Assembly (NCBI GenBank): GCA_963826985.1
Contig: CAWGYW010000007.1
Span: 2,187-66,186, forward strand
Reading direction: 5' to 3'
Length of the DNA stretch: 64,000 nucleotides
Source of the DNA: an uncultured Solirubrobacteraceae bacterium
Lineage (GTDB): Bacteria; Actinomycetota; Thermoleophilia; Solirubrobacterales; Solirubrobacteraceae
Both the position numbers and the translations under genes were made by a program. The notes beneath the pieces were generated by a model. That model worked only from the letters and a program-made list of their open reading frames with translations. It was not told where the DNA came from and searched no databases. Position 1 is the first letter of the stretch. Every line of letters starts with the position of its first letter. Positions 23,007-34,595 of the stretch are shown here, piece after piece.

Positions 23007-26000
23007 ATGAACTCGCACATCAAGCAGCCGCCAAAGGCCGTCGGACTCTACGACCCTCGCTTCGAGCACGACGCGTGCGGCGTGGGGATGGTCGCGCGCC
23101 TGGACAACGAGCCCACCCACGAGGTGGTCGCGCGGGCGATCACGGCGCTCGAGAACCTCGAGCATCGCGGCGCCACGGGCGCCGACCCGTGCACGGGCGA
23201 CGGCGCGGGCATCCTGATGCAGATGCCCGACGAGCTGCTGCGCGCGGTCGTCGACTTCGAGCTGCCGCCGCCCGGGTCAGTACGGCGTGCTGATGTGCTT
23301 CCTGCCGACCGACGCGGCCGCCGCGCGCAGCGCCTGGAGGCGCTGCTCGAGCGGATCGTGCGCGCCGAGGGCCAGCGGCTGCTCGGCTGGCGCGACGTGC
23401 CGGTCGACGTGGAGCAGACCGGCGAGGTCGCGGCGCCTGCCGGCCGGTGATCCGCCAGCTGTTCGTCGGCGCCGCCGGGGGCCGTCGAGAGCGACCAGGA
23501 CGCGTTCGAGCGCAAGCTCTACGTGATCCGCCGGATCAGCGAGCTGACAGCGCAGGAGCCCGGCCTGTACGTCGCCTCGAGCTCCTCGCGCACGATCAAC
23601 TACAAGGGCATGCTGATCAGCTACCAGCTGGCGCACTTCTACACCGACCTGCGCGACGAGCGCACCAAGAGCGCGCTCGCGCTCGTGCACTCGCGCTTCT
23701 CGACCAACACCTTCCCCAGCTGGGAGCTCGCGCACCCCTACCGCGTGATCTGCCACAACGGCGAGATCAACACGGTGATGGGCAACGTCAACTGGATGCG
23801 CGCGCGCGAGAGCGAGCTGCGCAGCGAGCTGTTCGGCGAGGACCTGCAGAAGATCCTGCCGGTCGTCACCCCCGGCAACTCCGACTCGGCGACCTTCGAC
23901 AACGTGCTCGAGCTGCTGATGCTCGCCGGGCGCTCGCTGCCGCACGCGGCGATGATGATGATCCCCGAGGCCTACCGCGACCGCGACGACCTGCCGGACT
24001 ACCTGAAGGGCTTCTACGCCTTCCACTCCTGCCTGATGGAGCCGTGGGACGGGCCGGCGTCGGTCGCGTTCACCGACGGCCGCGTGGTCGGCGCGACGCT
24101 CGACCGCAACGGGCTGCGCCCCGGCCGCTGGGTGGAGACGACCGACGGCTACGTGGTGCTCGGCTCGGAGTCGGGCCTGCTCGACATCCCGCCCGAGCAG
24201 GTGCGCCGGCTCGGGCGCCTGCAGCCGGGCAAGCTGTTCCTGGTCGACCTCGAGCGCGGGCGGATCGTCGAGGACGAGGAGGTCAAGCGCGAGGTCTCCA
24301 CGCGCCACCCCTACGGCGAGTGGTTCGCGCGCAACGCGGTCCCCTTCGCCGACCTGCCGCCCTCCGAGCAGGTGACGCTCTCCGACCAGCCGCTGCACCT
24401 GCGCCAGCGCGCCTTCGGCTACACCCAGGAGGACCTGCGCGTGCTGCTCGCGCCGATGGCGCTCGACGGCGCCGAGCCGATCGGCTCGATGGGCAACGAC
24501 CTCTCGCTGGCGGTGCTCTCCGACCAGGCGCCGCCGCTGTTCTCCTACTTCAAGCAGCTGTTCGCGCAGGTCACCAACCCGCCGATCGACCCGATCCGCG
24601 AGGAAATCGTGATGAGCCTCGCGACGAGCCTCGGCAACGAGCGCAACCTGTTCGACGAGACGCCCGAGCACGCGCACAAGCTGCTGCTCGACCAGCCGAT
24701 CCTGCTCAACCGCGAGCTCGAGACGCTGCGCCACGTCGAACACGACGTCTACGCGGCGCGCACGATCGACATCACCTGGCCGGTGGCGGAGGGACCGCGC
24801 GGGCATGACCGAGGCGATCGAGCGCATCTGCCGCCAGGCGCGCGAGGCGATCGCCGAACGGGTCAACATCATCATCCTCTCCGACCGCCGCTCGGGCCCA
24901 AGCGCGTCGCGATCCCGTCGCTGCTGGCGGTCGCCGCCGTCCACCACCACCTGGTGCTCGAGGGCACGCGCCTGCGGGCGGGGATCATCGTCGAGTCGGG
25001 CGAGCCGCGCGAGGTGCACCACTTCGCGACGCTGATCGGCTACGGCGCGAGCGCGATCAACCCGTACCTGATGCTCGAGACGCTCGACGAGCTGGTCGCC
25101 GAAGGGCGCATCGCGCGCGCCGGCGCGGACGGCGCCACCGCGTGTCGCTGGGCGCCGAGGAGGCGGCCCAGAACGTCGTCAAAGCGATCGGCAAAGGGCT
25201 GCTGAAGACGATCTCCAAGATGGGCATCTCGACGATCCAGTCCTACCGCGGCGCGCAGATCTTCGAGGCCGTGGGCCTGGAGCAAGGAGCTGATCGACAA
25301 GCACTTCACCTACACCGCCTCGCGCATCGGCGGCGTCGGCATCGACGTGCTCGCGGCCGAGGCGCTCGAGCGCCACGCGCGCGCCTACCCGCGCCCCGCG
25401 CGACCCGCTGCTGCCGGTCGGCGGCGTCTACGCGTGGCGGCGCGACGGCGAGCACCACATGTGGAACCCGGAGACGATCGCGCTCGTCCAGCACGCCGTG
25501 CGCGCGGCCAACGGCGACGTGGCCGCAGCGCTCGAGGGCGACCGCGAGGCTCACGCGGCGGTGCGCGAGAGCCCGGCGTTCGAGCAGTACCGCGAGTACG
25601 CGCGCATGGTCAACGAGGACGCCGCGCGCCAGGCGACGCTGCGCGGCCTGCTGCGGATCGGCGGGGACGCAGCGCCGGCGACGCCGATCCCGCTCGAGGA
25701 GGTCGAGCCGGCGAGCGAGATCGTCAGGCGCTTCTGCACCGGCGCGATGAGCCTCGGGTCGATCTCGCGCGAGGCGCACGAGACGCTGGCGATCGCGATG
25801 AACCGCCTCGGCGGGCGCTCGAACACGGGCGAGGGCGGGGAGGACCCCGTCGCGCTTCACGCCCGACACCAACGGCGACAGGCGCCGCTCGGCGATCAAG
25901 CAGGTCGCCTCCGGGCGCTTCGGCGTGACGATCCACTACCTCGTCAACGCCGACGAGCTGCAGATCAAGATGGCCCAGGGCGCCAAGCCCGGCGAGGGCG

Positions 26001-27730
26001 GCCAGCTGCCCGGGCACAAGGTCGACGCCTACATCGGCTCGATCCGCCACACGACGCCCGGCGTCGGCCTGATCTCGCCGCCGCCCGCACCACGACATCT
26101 ACTCGATCGAGGACCTCAAGCAGCTGATCTACGACCTGCGCTGCTCCAACCCAGCCGCGCAGGTGTCGGTCAAGCTCGTCTCCGAGGTCGGCGTCGGCAC
26201 GGTCGCCGCGGGCGTGTCCAAGGCGAACGCCGACCGCGTGCTGATCGCCGGCCACGACGGCGGCACCGGCGCCTCGCCGCTGTCCTCGATCCAGGCCGCG
26301 GGCGTGCCGTGGGAGATCGGCCTGGCCGAGACCCAGCAGACGCTGCTGCTCAACGACCTGCGCTCGCGCATCGTCGTGCAGACCGACGGGCAGCTGAAGA
26401 CCGGCCGCGACGTGGTGATCGCGGCGATGCTCGGCGCCGACGAGATGGGCTTCTCCACCGCGCCGCTGATCGCGACCGGCTGCATCATGATGCGCGCCTG
26501 CCACCTGAACACGTGCCCGGTGGGCATCGCCACCCAGGACCCGGAGCTGCGCAAGCGCTTCAAGGGCACGCCCGAGCACGTCGTCAACTTCTTCTTCTTC
26601 GTCGCCGAGGAGGTGCGCGAGATCCTCGCCTCGCTCGGCCTGCGCTCGCTGGACGAGGCGACCGGCCGGGTCGACCTGCTCGGCGCGAGCGCGGCGATCG
26701 AGCACTGGAAGGCGCGCGGCGTCGACCTCACGCACATCCTCACGCACATCGAGGTGCGATCCCGCCGCACCCCGCGCCGCGCACGCGTGGAAGCGCCGCC
26801 GGAGGTGCTCGAGGACGCGCTCGACTGGGAGCTCGTCGAGCGCCGCAGGCGGCGCTGCGGAGCGCACGGGCCCGTCGGTCACTGGTGGCCGCGTCAAGCT
26901 CGAGCTGCCGATCCGCAACCGCAACCGCTGCGTCGGCGGCATCCTCTCCAGCCACATCGCCCAGCGCCACGGCGCCGAGGGCCTGCCGGAGGACTCGATC
27001 GTCGTCGACTTCGAGGGCTCGGCGGGGCAGAGCTTCGCGCGGCTGGCTCGCGCCGGGGGTCACGTTCACGCTGCGCGGCGACGCGCAGGACTACGCCGGC
27101 AAGGGGCTCTCCGGCGGCGTCTTCGCGATCCGCCCGCGCGAGGGCATGGGCGAGCACTTCAAGGCCGAGCAGAACGTGATCGTCGGCAACACCGTGCTGT
27201 ACGGCGCGACCGCCGGCAGGGCGTTCTTCCGCGGTCTCGCGGGCGAGCGCTTCGCGGTGCGCAACTCGGGCGCGTGGGCGGTCGTCGAGGGCATCGGCGA
27301 CCACGGCTGCGAGTACATGACCGGCGGGCGCGTCGTCGTGCTCGGGCCGACCGGGCGCAACTTCGCCGCCGGCATGAGCGGCGGCGTGGCCTACGTGCTC
27401 GACGAGGACGGCACCTTCCACGAGCGCTGCAACATGGGCATGGTCGGCTTCGAAGAGCTGTCCGAGAGCGACGCGATCGAGCTGCGCGCGATGGTCGAAG
27501 AGCACCTGCGGCGGACCGACTCGCCGGTGGCCGCGCGCGTGCTCGAGCAGTGGAGCGAGCTGCTCGCACGGGGCGCGTTCGTGAAGGTGATGCCGCACGA
27601 CTACAAGCGCGTGCTGCGCGAGCTCGCCGAGGAAGAGGCGCTGGCAGCGGGCGCTTCTGCGAACGGAGCCTCACCGGCCGAGCCGGACGCGCTGCGCCCG
27701 CTGGACGCCGTCGGCGAGACGGGCGCCTGA
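23007..27730 (+). CDS. gltB: Glutamate synthase large subunit (frameshifted)
   Basis: [104 protein letters not shown]. Confidence 0.97.
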
Positions 27731-29328
27731 TGGGCAAGCTCGGCGGCTTCCTGCAGATCGAGCGCCACGGCATCCCCCAGCGGGACCCGGTCGAGCGCGC
27801 CCACGACTTCCACGAGTTCCTGCTGCAGCGCCCGGTCGAGGAGCTGCGCGAGCAGGGCGCCCGCTGCATGGACTGCGGCGTGCCGTTCTGCCACAACGGC
27901 TGTCCGCTCGGGAACCTGATCCCCGACTGGAACGACCTCGTCTACCGCGATCGCTTCGCCGACGCGATCGCGCAGCTGCACGCCACCAACAACTTCCCCG
28001 AGTTCACCGGGCGTCTGTGCCCGGCGCCGTGCGAGGCGGCGTGCGTGCTCGAGATCCGCGAGGGCGACGCGGTCACGATCAAACAGATCGAGAACGCGAT
28101 CATCAACCGCGCCTGGGAGGAGGGCTGGGTCACCCCGCAGCCCCCGCGCCGCGAGCGCGAAACCGGCCAGGCGGTGGCGGTCGTCGGCTCCGGGCCCGGC
28201 GGGCATGGCCGCGGCGCAGCAGCTGCGCCGCGCCGGCCACCGCGTGACGCTGTTCGAGCGCGACGAGGCGATCGGCGGGCTCGTGCGCTTCGGCGTGCCC
28301 GACTTCAAGATCGAGAAGACCGTCGTGCAGCGGCGCGTCGAGCAGCTGCTCGCCGAGGGCGTGGAGATCCGCTGCGGCGTCGAGGTCGGCAGCGACGTGA
28401 GCGTGCGAGGAGCTGCGCGACGGCTTCGACGCGGTCGTGCTGGCGACCGGCTCGCGCGTGCCGCGCGACCTGCCCGTCCCCGGCCGCGAGCTCGACGGCG
28501 TGCACTTCGCGATGGACTACCTCTACCAGCGCAACCGCTGGGTGGCGCGCGAGCTCGGCCCCGCATCCGACGCGGTCGCGCAGCCCGCCGGTCGAGCGCG
28601 AGATCACCGCCGCCGGCAAGGACGTGGTGGTGATCGGCGGCGGCGACACGGGCGCGGACTGCGTCGGCAACGCGCTGCGCGAGGGCGCCCGCTCGGTCGT
28701 CCAGCTCGAGCTGCTGCCAGAGCCGCCGGCGCAGCGGCCCGACGAGCGCACGCCGTGGCCGCAGTGGCCGCTGAAGTACCGCCTCAGCTACGCGATGGAG
28801 GAGGCGCTGCAAGCTGGGGGTGGGCGAGCAGGACTACTCGGTCACGACCACCGCGTTCGTCGACGACGGCAGCGGCACGCTCGCCGGCCTGCGCATCGCG
28901 CAGGCCGCGCCCGAGCCGCCGTTCGCGCCGCTCGCCGGGCACCGAGCGCGAGCTGCCGGCGCAGCTGGTGCTGCTGGCGATGGGCTTCCTGCACCCCGAG
29001 CAGGAGCTGCTCGACCAGCTCGGCGTCGAGAAGGACGCCGCGCGGCAACGTCAAGTCGGTCGCGCCGTACACGACCTCGGTGGACGGCGTGTTCGCCGCC
29101 GGCGACGCGCGCCGCGGCCAGTCGCTGATCGTGTGGGCGATCAACGAGGGTCGCCAGTGCGCGCGCATGGTCGACCGCTATCTCGCGCGCGCAGCGTGCG
29201 GCGCAGCGGCGCCGGATGCCGCTCGCTTCCCGAAGACGACGGCCTGGCTGGCCACGCCGACGCGGACGACGGCCCGGAGGGGCCGCCGCAGCACGTCGGG
29301 CCCGGCATCGGCGCAGCGGATAGCGTAG
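27730..29328 (+). CDS. gltD: Glutamate synthase small subunit (frameshifted)
   Basis: [66 protein letters not shown]; ATG overlaps the gltB stop. Confidence 0.96.
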   Translation: MGKLGGFLQIERHGIPQRDPVERAHDFHEFLLQRPVEELREQGARCMDCGVPFCHNGCPLGNLIPDWNDLVYRDRFADAIAQLHATNNFPEFTGRLCPAPCEAACVLEIREGDAVTIKQIENAIINRAWEEGWVTPQPPRRERETGQAVAVVGSGPGGHGRGAAAAPRRPPRDAVRARRGDRRARALRRARLQDREDRRAAARRAAARRGRGDPLRRRGRQRRERARSCATASTRSCWRPARACRATCPSPAASSTACTSRWTTSTSATAGWRASSAPHPTRSRSPPVEREITAAGKDVVVIGGGDTGADCVGNALREGARSVVQLELLPEPPAQRPDERTPWPQWPLKYRLSYAMEEALQAGGGRAGLLGHDHRVRRRRQRHARRPAHRAGRARAAVRAARRAPSASCRRSWCCWRWASCTPSRSCSTSSASRRTPRGNVKSVAPYTTSVDGVFAAGDARRGQSLIVWAINEGRQCARMVDRYLARAACGAAAPDAARFPKTTAWLATPTRTTARRGRRSTSGPASAQRIA

Positions 29329-29352
29329 GCTTGAACATAATGAACGTGTTGT

Positions 29353-30747
29353 ATGAGAACGGCCATGATGCGGCGCGGATCGCCGGCGTTGCCACGCGTC
29401 TGCCTGATCGGCGCCGGCTCCTCGGGGATCGCGGCGGTCAAGGCGCTGCACGAGCGCGGCATCCCGTTCGACTGCTTCGAGAAGTCCGACCGCGTGGGCG
29501 GCAACTGGGTGTTCGAGAACCGCAACGGCATGTCGGCCGCCTACCGCGACCTGTTCATCAACACCTCGCGCCCGCGCATGGAGTACTCGGACTTCCCGAT
29601 GCCCGAGTCCTACCCGGACTTCCCCCACCACACCCAGATCGCGGCCTACTTCGACGCCTACGTCGACCACTTCGGCCTGCGCGAGCGGATCACGTTCGAG
29701 ACCGGCGTCGCAGCACGCCGCCGCGACGCGGCGCGGCGTGTGGACGGTCGAGCTCGACACGGGCGAGACGCGCAGCTACGACGCGCTGCTCGTCGCCAAC
29801 GGCCACCACTGGAACCCGCGCTGGCCCGAACCGGCGTTCCCGGGCGCGGACACGTTCCCGGGGCAGCAGCTGCACGCCCACTCCTACGTCGACAACTCGA
29901 TCTTCGCGGGCAAGCGGTGGTCGTCCTGGGCATGGGCAACTCGGCGATGGACATCGCCGTCGAGTCCTCCTACGTCGCCGAGCGCACCTACCTGGCGGCG
30001 CGCCAGGGGCGTGTGGATCATGCCCAAGTACGTGTTCGGCAAACCGGTCGACCAGATGCGCAACGACCCGCGCATCCCCTTCAAGATCCGCCAGCGGATG
30101 ATCCAGCAGCTGATCCGCAGCTACGCCGGGCCGCCCGAGCGCTACGGGCTGCCGAAGCCCGACCACCGCTTCGGCGAGGCCCATCCGACGGTCTCCGGAC
30201 GTATCCTCGACCGCATCCAGCACGGCACGATCACGCCCAAGCCGAACATCGACTCGCTTCGACGGCTCGCGCGTGCGCTTCGTCGACGGCAGCACCGTCG
30301 AGGCCGACGTGGTCGTCTACTGCACCGGCTACAAGATCACGTTCCCGTTCTTCGACGAGGACTTCATCTCCGCTCCCGAGAACCACATCGAGCTGTTCCG
30401 CCGGGTCTTTCACCCGGAGATCCCGAACGTGTTCTTCATCGGCCTGCTGCAGCCGCTCGGCGCGATCATGCCGCTGGCCGAGGCGCAGGGCGCGTGGGTG
30501 GGCGACTACCTGCTCGGCGACTACGCGCTTCCGCCCGCCGCGCGAGATGCGCGCGGACATCGCGGCCGACCAGGCGGCGATGCGTGCGCGCTACGTGGCC
30601 TCCAAGCGCCACACGATCCAGGTCGACTACGACGACTATCTGCACGCGCTGGCCAACGAGCGGCGCGCGGGCGGCGCACGGGCGCGCGCAAACGGGTATA
30701 TCCCACCGGCGTCATGCCGACCTTCTGCCGCCACAACCGCTTCATAG
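29353..30747 (+). CDS. Flavin-containing monooxygenase (frameshifted)
   Basis: [36 protein letters not shown] (FMO fingerprint), [15 protein letters not shown]. Confidence 0.9.
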   Translation: MRTAMMRRGSPALPRVCLIGAGSSGIAAVKALHERGIPFDCFEKSDRVGGNWVFENRNGMSAAYRDLFINTSRPRMEYSDFPMPESYPDFPHHTQIAAYFDAYVDHFGLRERITFETGVAARRRDAARRVDGRARHGRDAQLRRAARRQRPPLEPALARTGVPGRGHVPGAAAARPLLRRQLDLRGQAVVVLGMGNSAMDIAVESSYVAERTYLAARQGRVDHAQVRVRQTGRPDAQRPAHPLQDPPADDPAADPQLRRAARALRAAEARPPLRRGPSDGLRTYPRPHPARHDHAQAEHRLASTARACASSTAAPSRPTWSSTAPATRSRSRSSTRTSSPLPRTTSSCSAGSFTRRSRTCSSSACCSRSARSCRWPRRRARGWATTCSATTRFRPPREMRADIAADQAAMRARYVASKRHTIQVDYDDYLHALANERRAGGARARANGYIPPASCRPSAATTAS

Positions 30748-31749
30748 AGCGCTGCCCGATCTGCAGCAAGACGCTGCCCGGCCGCGCGCCCGGCGCGAGC
30801 GCCTCGCCGCGCGCGAAGACCTCCGCGCGGGCGCGCTCGGGGAGCGAGCGGCGCGCCGCGCCGGCGTGCGCGCGGCGAGGGCGTGCGCATCCAGCGCGAG
30901 GGGCGCGCCGCCGACGACGGCTACCGCTCGGAGCTGGTGCCCGGGTCTGCGGGCCTCCGCCGACGCGCTGCGGCTGGCCGAGGAGATCGCGTTCTCCAGC
31001 GGGCGCCTGCTCGCGCTGGCCGCCGAGCCGCCGGGGCTCTACGGCGAGGCGCGCGCGCTGGCGGCGCGAGATCTCGAGCGCGCGACGTGGATGTGCTTCC
31101 TGATCGCCTATCTGTGTCCGCTGGAGGGCGAGGACCCGTTCGCCGGCATCCGCCGTCGCGCTCGCAGACCGCGCCCGGGGAGCTGCCCGACCTCGACGGA
31201 GTCCCGCTCGGCCCGCGCACCTCCCACGACGCCGCGCGCGGCGCGGAGACGCTGATCGCCTACCGCCAGTGGGTCGCGCGCGGCGGTCGCGCGAGCTTCG
31301 CCGGCGCAGGCGGAGGCCGGCGCGAGGCTCCCAGGCGGCGGCGTTCACCGGCGATCCCGCGTGGAGCCCCGCAGCGGCGCTTCGAGCGCGTGTTCGAGCG
31401 GCTGGCGCTGCCGGGCTTCGCGCGCAGCGGGCGCTACGAGCTGCTCGTCATGCTCGGGCGCCTCGGCCTCTACGAGCTGCGCCCGACTCGCTGCACCTGG
31501 CGGGCGCCCGCGGGCTCTCCGCGGAGGACCTCGACCACGCTGGCCGCCAAGCGCGTGTTCGGCATCGGCGATCCGCTGCTGCTGGAGCGCCGCGCGGCGG
31601 CGCTCGCGCAGGCCGTCGCGGTGCCCGTCGAGGCGCTCGACCTCGCGCTCGCCAACTGGATCTCCCCGCAGCCGGCCACGCTCGGCTTCCCGCGCGAGAC
31701 GCAGGACGAGGGCGCGTTCGAGCGCGGCGGCGACGCGCTCGGGCTCTGA
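30714..31749 (+). CDS. Hypothetical protein: N-terminal C-x-H...C-x2-C knuckle + putative aGPT-Pplase3-like (HhH-type) domain (frameshifted)
   Basis: [17 protein letters not shown]; ERATWMCFLIAYL; ETLIAYRQWV; RFERVFERLALPGFARSGRYELLVMLGRLGL; AAKRVFG. Family assignment is from remembered motif resemblance only. Confidence 0.55.
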
Positions 31750-31836
31750 CGAACGCGGCCCCGCTGAGAATATGCCGTCCACACGGCCGCCTACAGTGCG
31801 TGCAGACAGTTGTTCCGAACCTCCAGGGAGTCGCCG

Positions 31837-32292
31837 ATGCCACTCTGCTTCATCGAGCCTCAGGATGCGATCCGCGTCATCGCCGAGTCGGTCGGGCGCG
31901 AGGCGCGCCGCCAGCTCGTGGGCGAGGTCGTGCGCGCGTGGGTCGACGACATCCCCGACCAGGAACTCTCGGTCCACTACGCCAAGGCGATCGCCGACCT
32001 CGACGAGGACGACCTGCATCTGCTCGCCGCCTGGCACGCCTCGCTGGAGGTCGGCCAGCCGATCCCCAACACGGACTTCCTCGTCGGCGTGTTCCCGAGC
32101 CTCGGCGAGAACCGGCGCGAGGCGCTGAAGATCGCCGCCGGCTTCCGCGGCGAGGAGGCCTTTCAGGCGGGCGTCGCCGAGGACCAGGCGCTCGACACGG
32201 TGCTGCCGCGCCTGTCCAGCGAGCGCGCGATCGAGCTCGCCAACGAGTGCATACAGCTGTACATGTGGGACCGCCTCGGCTGCGACAACTAG
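31837..32292 (+). CDS. Hypothetical acidic helical protein
   Basis: Intact ORF with AGGGAG SD and typical GC3 codon bias; no family recognised. Confidence 0.75.
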   Translation: MPLCFIEPQDAIRVIAESVGREARRQLVGEVVRAWVDDIPDQELSVHYAKAIADLDEDDLHLLAAWHASLEVGQPIPNTDFLVGVFPSLGENRREALKIAAGFRGEEAFQAGVAEDQALDTVLPRLSSERAIELANECIQLYMWDRLGCDN

Positions 32293-32359
32293 GACGACGT
32301 ATGCCGGCGCGCTACGGCGTCCTCGCAGGCTCGCGTCGCAGCTAGACTGGGAGCAACCT

Positions 32360-32675
32360 ATGACCGAGCTGACCGCAGCGCCTACCGAGGATGAAGTGAT
32401 GGAGGCGCTTTCGAACGTGATCGACCCCGAGCTGGGGCTGGACTTCGTCGAGCTGGGGCTGATCTACGGGGTGGAGGTCGCCGAAGGTAACGTGCGCGTG
32501 ACGTTCACGCTGACGACACCCGGGTGCCCGATCGGCCCGCAGGTCAACGAACAGATCGAAGAGTTCGTGGGCGAAGCTCGACGGCGTCAAGACGGTGGAG
32601 TCGGAGATGGTCTTCACGCCGCCGTGGTCGCCGGAGATGATGAGCGAAGACGCCAAGTTCGCGCTGGGCTACTGA
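32360..32675 (+). CDS. DUF59/SufT-like metal-sulfur cluster assembly factor (one frameshift)
   Basis: VIDPELGLDFVELGLIY, TLTTPGCP, VFTPPWSPEMMSE. Confidence 0.9.
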
Positions 32676-34489
32676 GCGAGGCCCGAATGGCTGGCGGCGC
32701 TTTGGCTGGTGACCGTGCGGTCGCGCCCGAGTCGCTTGGCCTCGTATAGCGCGCTGTCGGCCAGCGCGATCAGGGTGGTGGGCGAGGCGTGCGCGGCCAG
32801 CGTCGTGGCCACACCGGCCGAACACGACAGCGTGCTGTCGGGGAGCGGGATCCGTGCGACCGCGCCGCGGGCACGCTCGGCGACGTCGTAGGCGGCTTCC
32901 TTGTCGGTGTCGGGTAGCAGGATCGCGAACTCCTCGCCGCCCATGCGCGCGGCGGTGTCGTGCTGGCGAATCGCGCCGCGCAGCGCATGTGCCACGGCGA
33001 CCAGCACCTGGTCGCCGTAGGGGTGACCATGCTCGTCGTTGATCTCCTTGAACTCGTCGAGGTCGATCATCACGATCGAGACAGGGCTCCCGGCGCGTGC
33101 CGCACGGCTGAACTCCGCCGCGCAGGCGCGGTCGAAGGCGCGCTGGTTGGCCAGCCCGGTGAGCGGATCCTCGGCGGCCTGACGTTCCAGCCGGTTGACC
33201 AGACGGGCATTCGACAGCGCGATCGCTGCGTGTGCGCCGTAGGCGGACAGCGCTGCGATATCCCCGGGGAGGAAGACGGTGGAGCCGTGTGCGAGCGCTG
33301 CAAGCACGCCGAGTATCTCTTCGCGAAAGACGAGCGGTGCGGCGCACATCGAGCCGAGCGGCATCTGCCCCTCGCGCGGCAGCTCAGCCAGGGCGGGGTC
33401 GGTGGCGAGATCGTCGACGACGACCGTGCCGCGCTCGAGCAGCGTTTCGCGATGCGCCTGCGCCCATGACTCCAGCGCTGCCAGGGACGGCGCCGGGATC
33501 CCCGAGTGGCGGTCGGCGTGCACCCCACCGTCGTGGGCGAGCAGCAGCGCGAACTGCTTGCCGCCGACCGCCGTCTGCGCCTTGGCGGTGATCTGGTCGA
33601 GCACCTCGTCCAACCGTAGATCCGAGGACAGGTCCTTCAACGAGGACAGCAGGCGCTCGGCGGCGTCGTCCTGCTCGCGCACGCGCAGCTCCAACGCGCT
33701 CAGGCGCCGGTGCATGAACCGCATCGCCCGGGTCGCGATCGCGAGCTCGCCGGCCACCAGCACCCCGCCCGCCACCGGGACGAGCGCCGGATCCGCGAGC
33801 GCACCGGCGAGCGCCAACGCCGCGGCGCCCCCGGCGAGCGCGACGGCGGCGCGCGTGAGGCCGTGGGTGCCGGTGCTCCAGCGGACGTCGAACTCACAGC
33901 AGGGGCCGCCGTCGGCGCCGCAGAGATGGTGGGCGACGTGCGCGGGCGGCAATCCGAACAGCTGCGGCACGGTCGCCAGCAGGCCTTTCGTGTAAGCGCA
34001 GTCGTATCGGTGATAGCCGACGCCGGCCACGTCGGTGTAGCGCATGCGCACGCGCGCCGTGCCCTTCTCGACGACGACCAGCTGGTGCGCCCAGTTGAAC
34101 TTGGCGTTGGCGCGCACGACGTTGCTGTACACGAACCCGGGCGTGCCGAGCGCGCGCAGGGTGTGCTTGAGGCCCATTGCGACCGACAGGTCGAGCGCGG
34201 CCGCGCCGACGTGCTCGGCGACGTCCGGGTCCTCGAGCACCTCCTCGGCGGCGCTCCACAGCGCGAGCTTGGTCTCATAGGAGAACCAGTGGTTCTCGTC
34301 ACACAGATCCTCCCTGGCCGCCGACAGGCCCGCCACCGCGAGCATCCGCTCGACCGCCTGACCGCCGGCCGCACGCTCGACGTACGCGAGGATCAAGCGC
34401 GAGGTCAGGCCGGAGCCGGCGTGCTCGCGTCGCCACGCGATCTCGACATCGCCTGTATCCGCGTCTTTTGCTCCACGTAGGCCCTGCAT
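32669..34489 (-). CDS. Membrane diguanylate cyclase: H-NOX/V4R-like sensor, 2 TM, GAF, GGDEF
   Basis: DPLTGLANQR, DLDEFKEINDEHGHPYGDQVL, RMGGEEF, ADSALYEAK; GAF motif CAAPL; N-terminal 'C.YTKGLL...C...G...CEFDVRW'. Confidence 0.9.
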   Translation of the reverse strand: MQGLRGAKDADTGDVEIAWRREHAGSGLTSRLILAYVERAAGGQAVERMLAVAGLSAAREDLCDENHWFSYETKLALWSAAEEVLEDPDVAEHVGAAALDLSVAMGLKHTLRALGTPGFVYSNVVRANAKFNWAHQLVVVEKGTARVRMRYTDVAGVGYHRYDCAYTKGLLATVPQLFGLPPAHVAHHLCGADGGPCCEFDVRWSTGTHGLTRAAVALAGGAAALALAGALADPALVPVAGGVLVAGELAIATRAMRFMHRRLSALELRVREQDDAAERLLSSLKDLSSDLRLDEVLDQITAKAQTAVGGKQFALLLAHDGGVHADRHSGIPAPSLAALESWAQAHRETLLERGTVVVDDLATDPALAELPREGQMPLGSMCAAPLVFREEILGVLAALAHGSTVFLPGDIAALSAYGAHAAIALSNARLVNRLERQAAEDPLTGLANQRAFDRACAAEFSRAARAGSPVSIVMIDLDEFKEINDEHGHPYGDQVLVAVAHALRGAIRQHDTAARMGGEEFAILLPDTDKEAAYDVAERARGAVARIPLPDSTLSCSAGVATTLAAHASPTTLIALADSALYEAKRLGRDRTVTSQSAASHSGLAQ

Positions 34490-34595
34490 CCCCCCTGTAT
34501 CGGCGCCAGCCGCGCCTCAGTTGAAGTCCGGATCAGGAGCGCCCGGGATATCCCGGGCGCTCGCCCGCGGGCGCGGCGGCAGGCCGTGTGCGCCG

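Noticed and set aside
23277-25022. Long antisense ORFs opposite gltB (also opposite sufB, RTX, sufD and others)
   Set aside because: Expected shadow frames in high-GC3 DNA; they carry no protein motifs.
2924-32675. Mass pseudogenisation or programmed frameshifting of lysA, hom, thr, topB, addAB and gltBD
   Set aside because: Catalytic motifs are retained, I saw no slippery sites, and the extra bases fall at wobble positions. An assembly artefact is far more likely.
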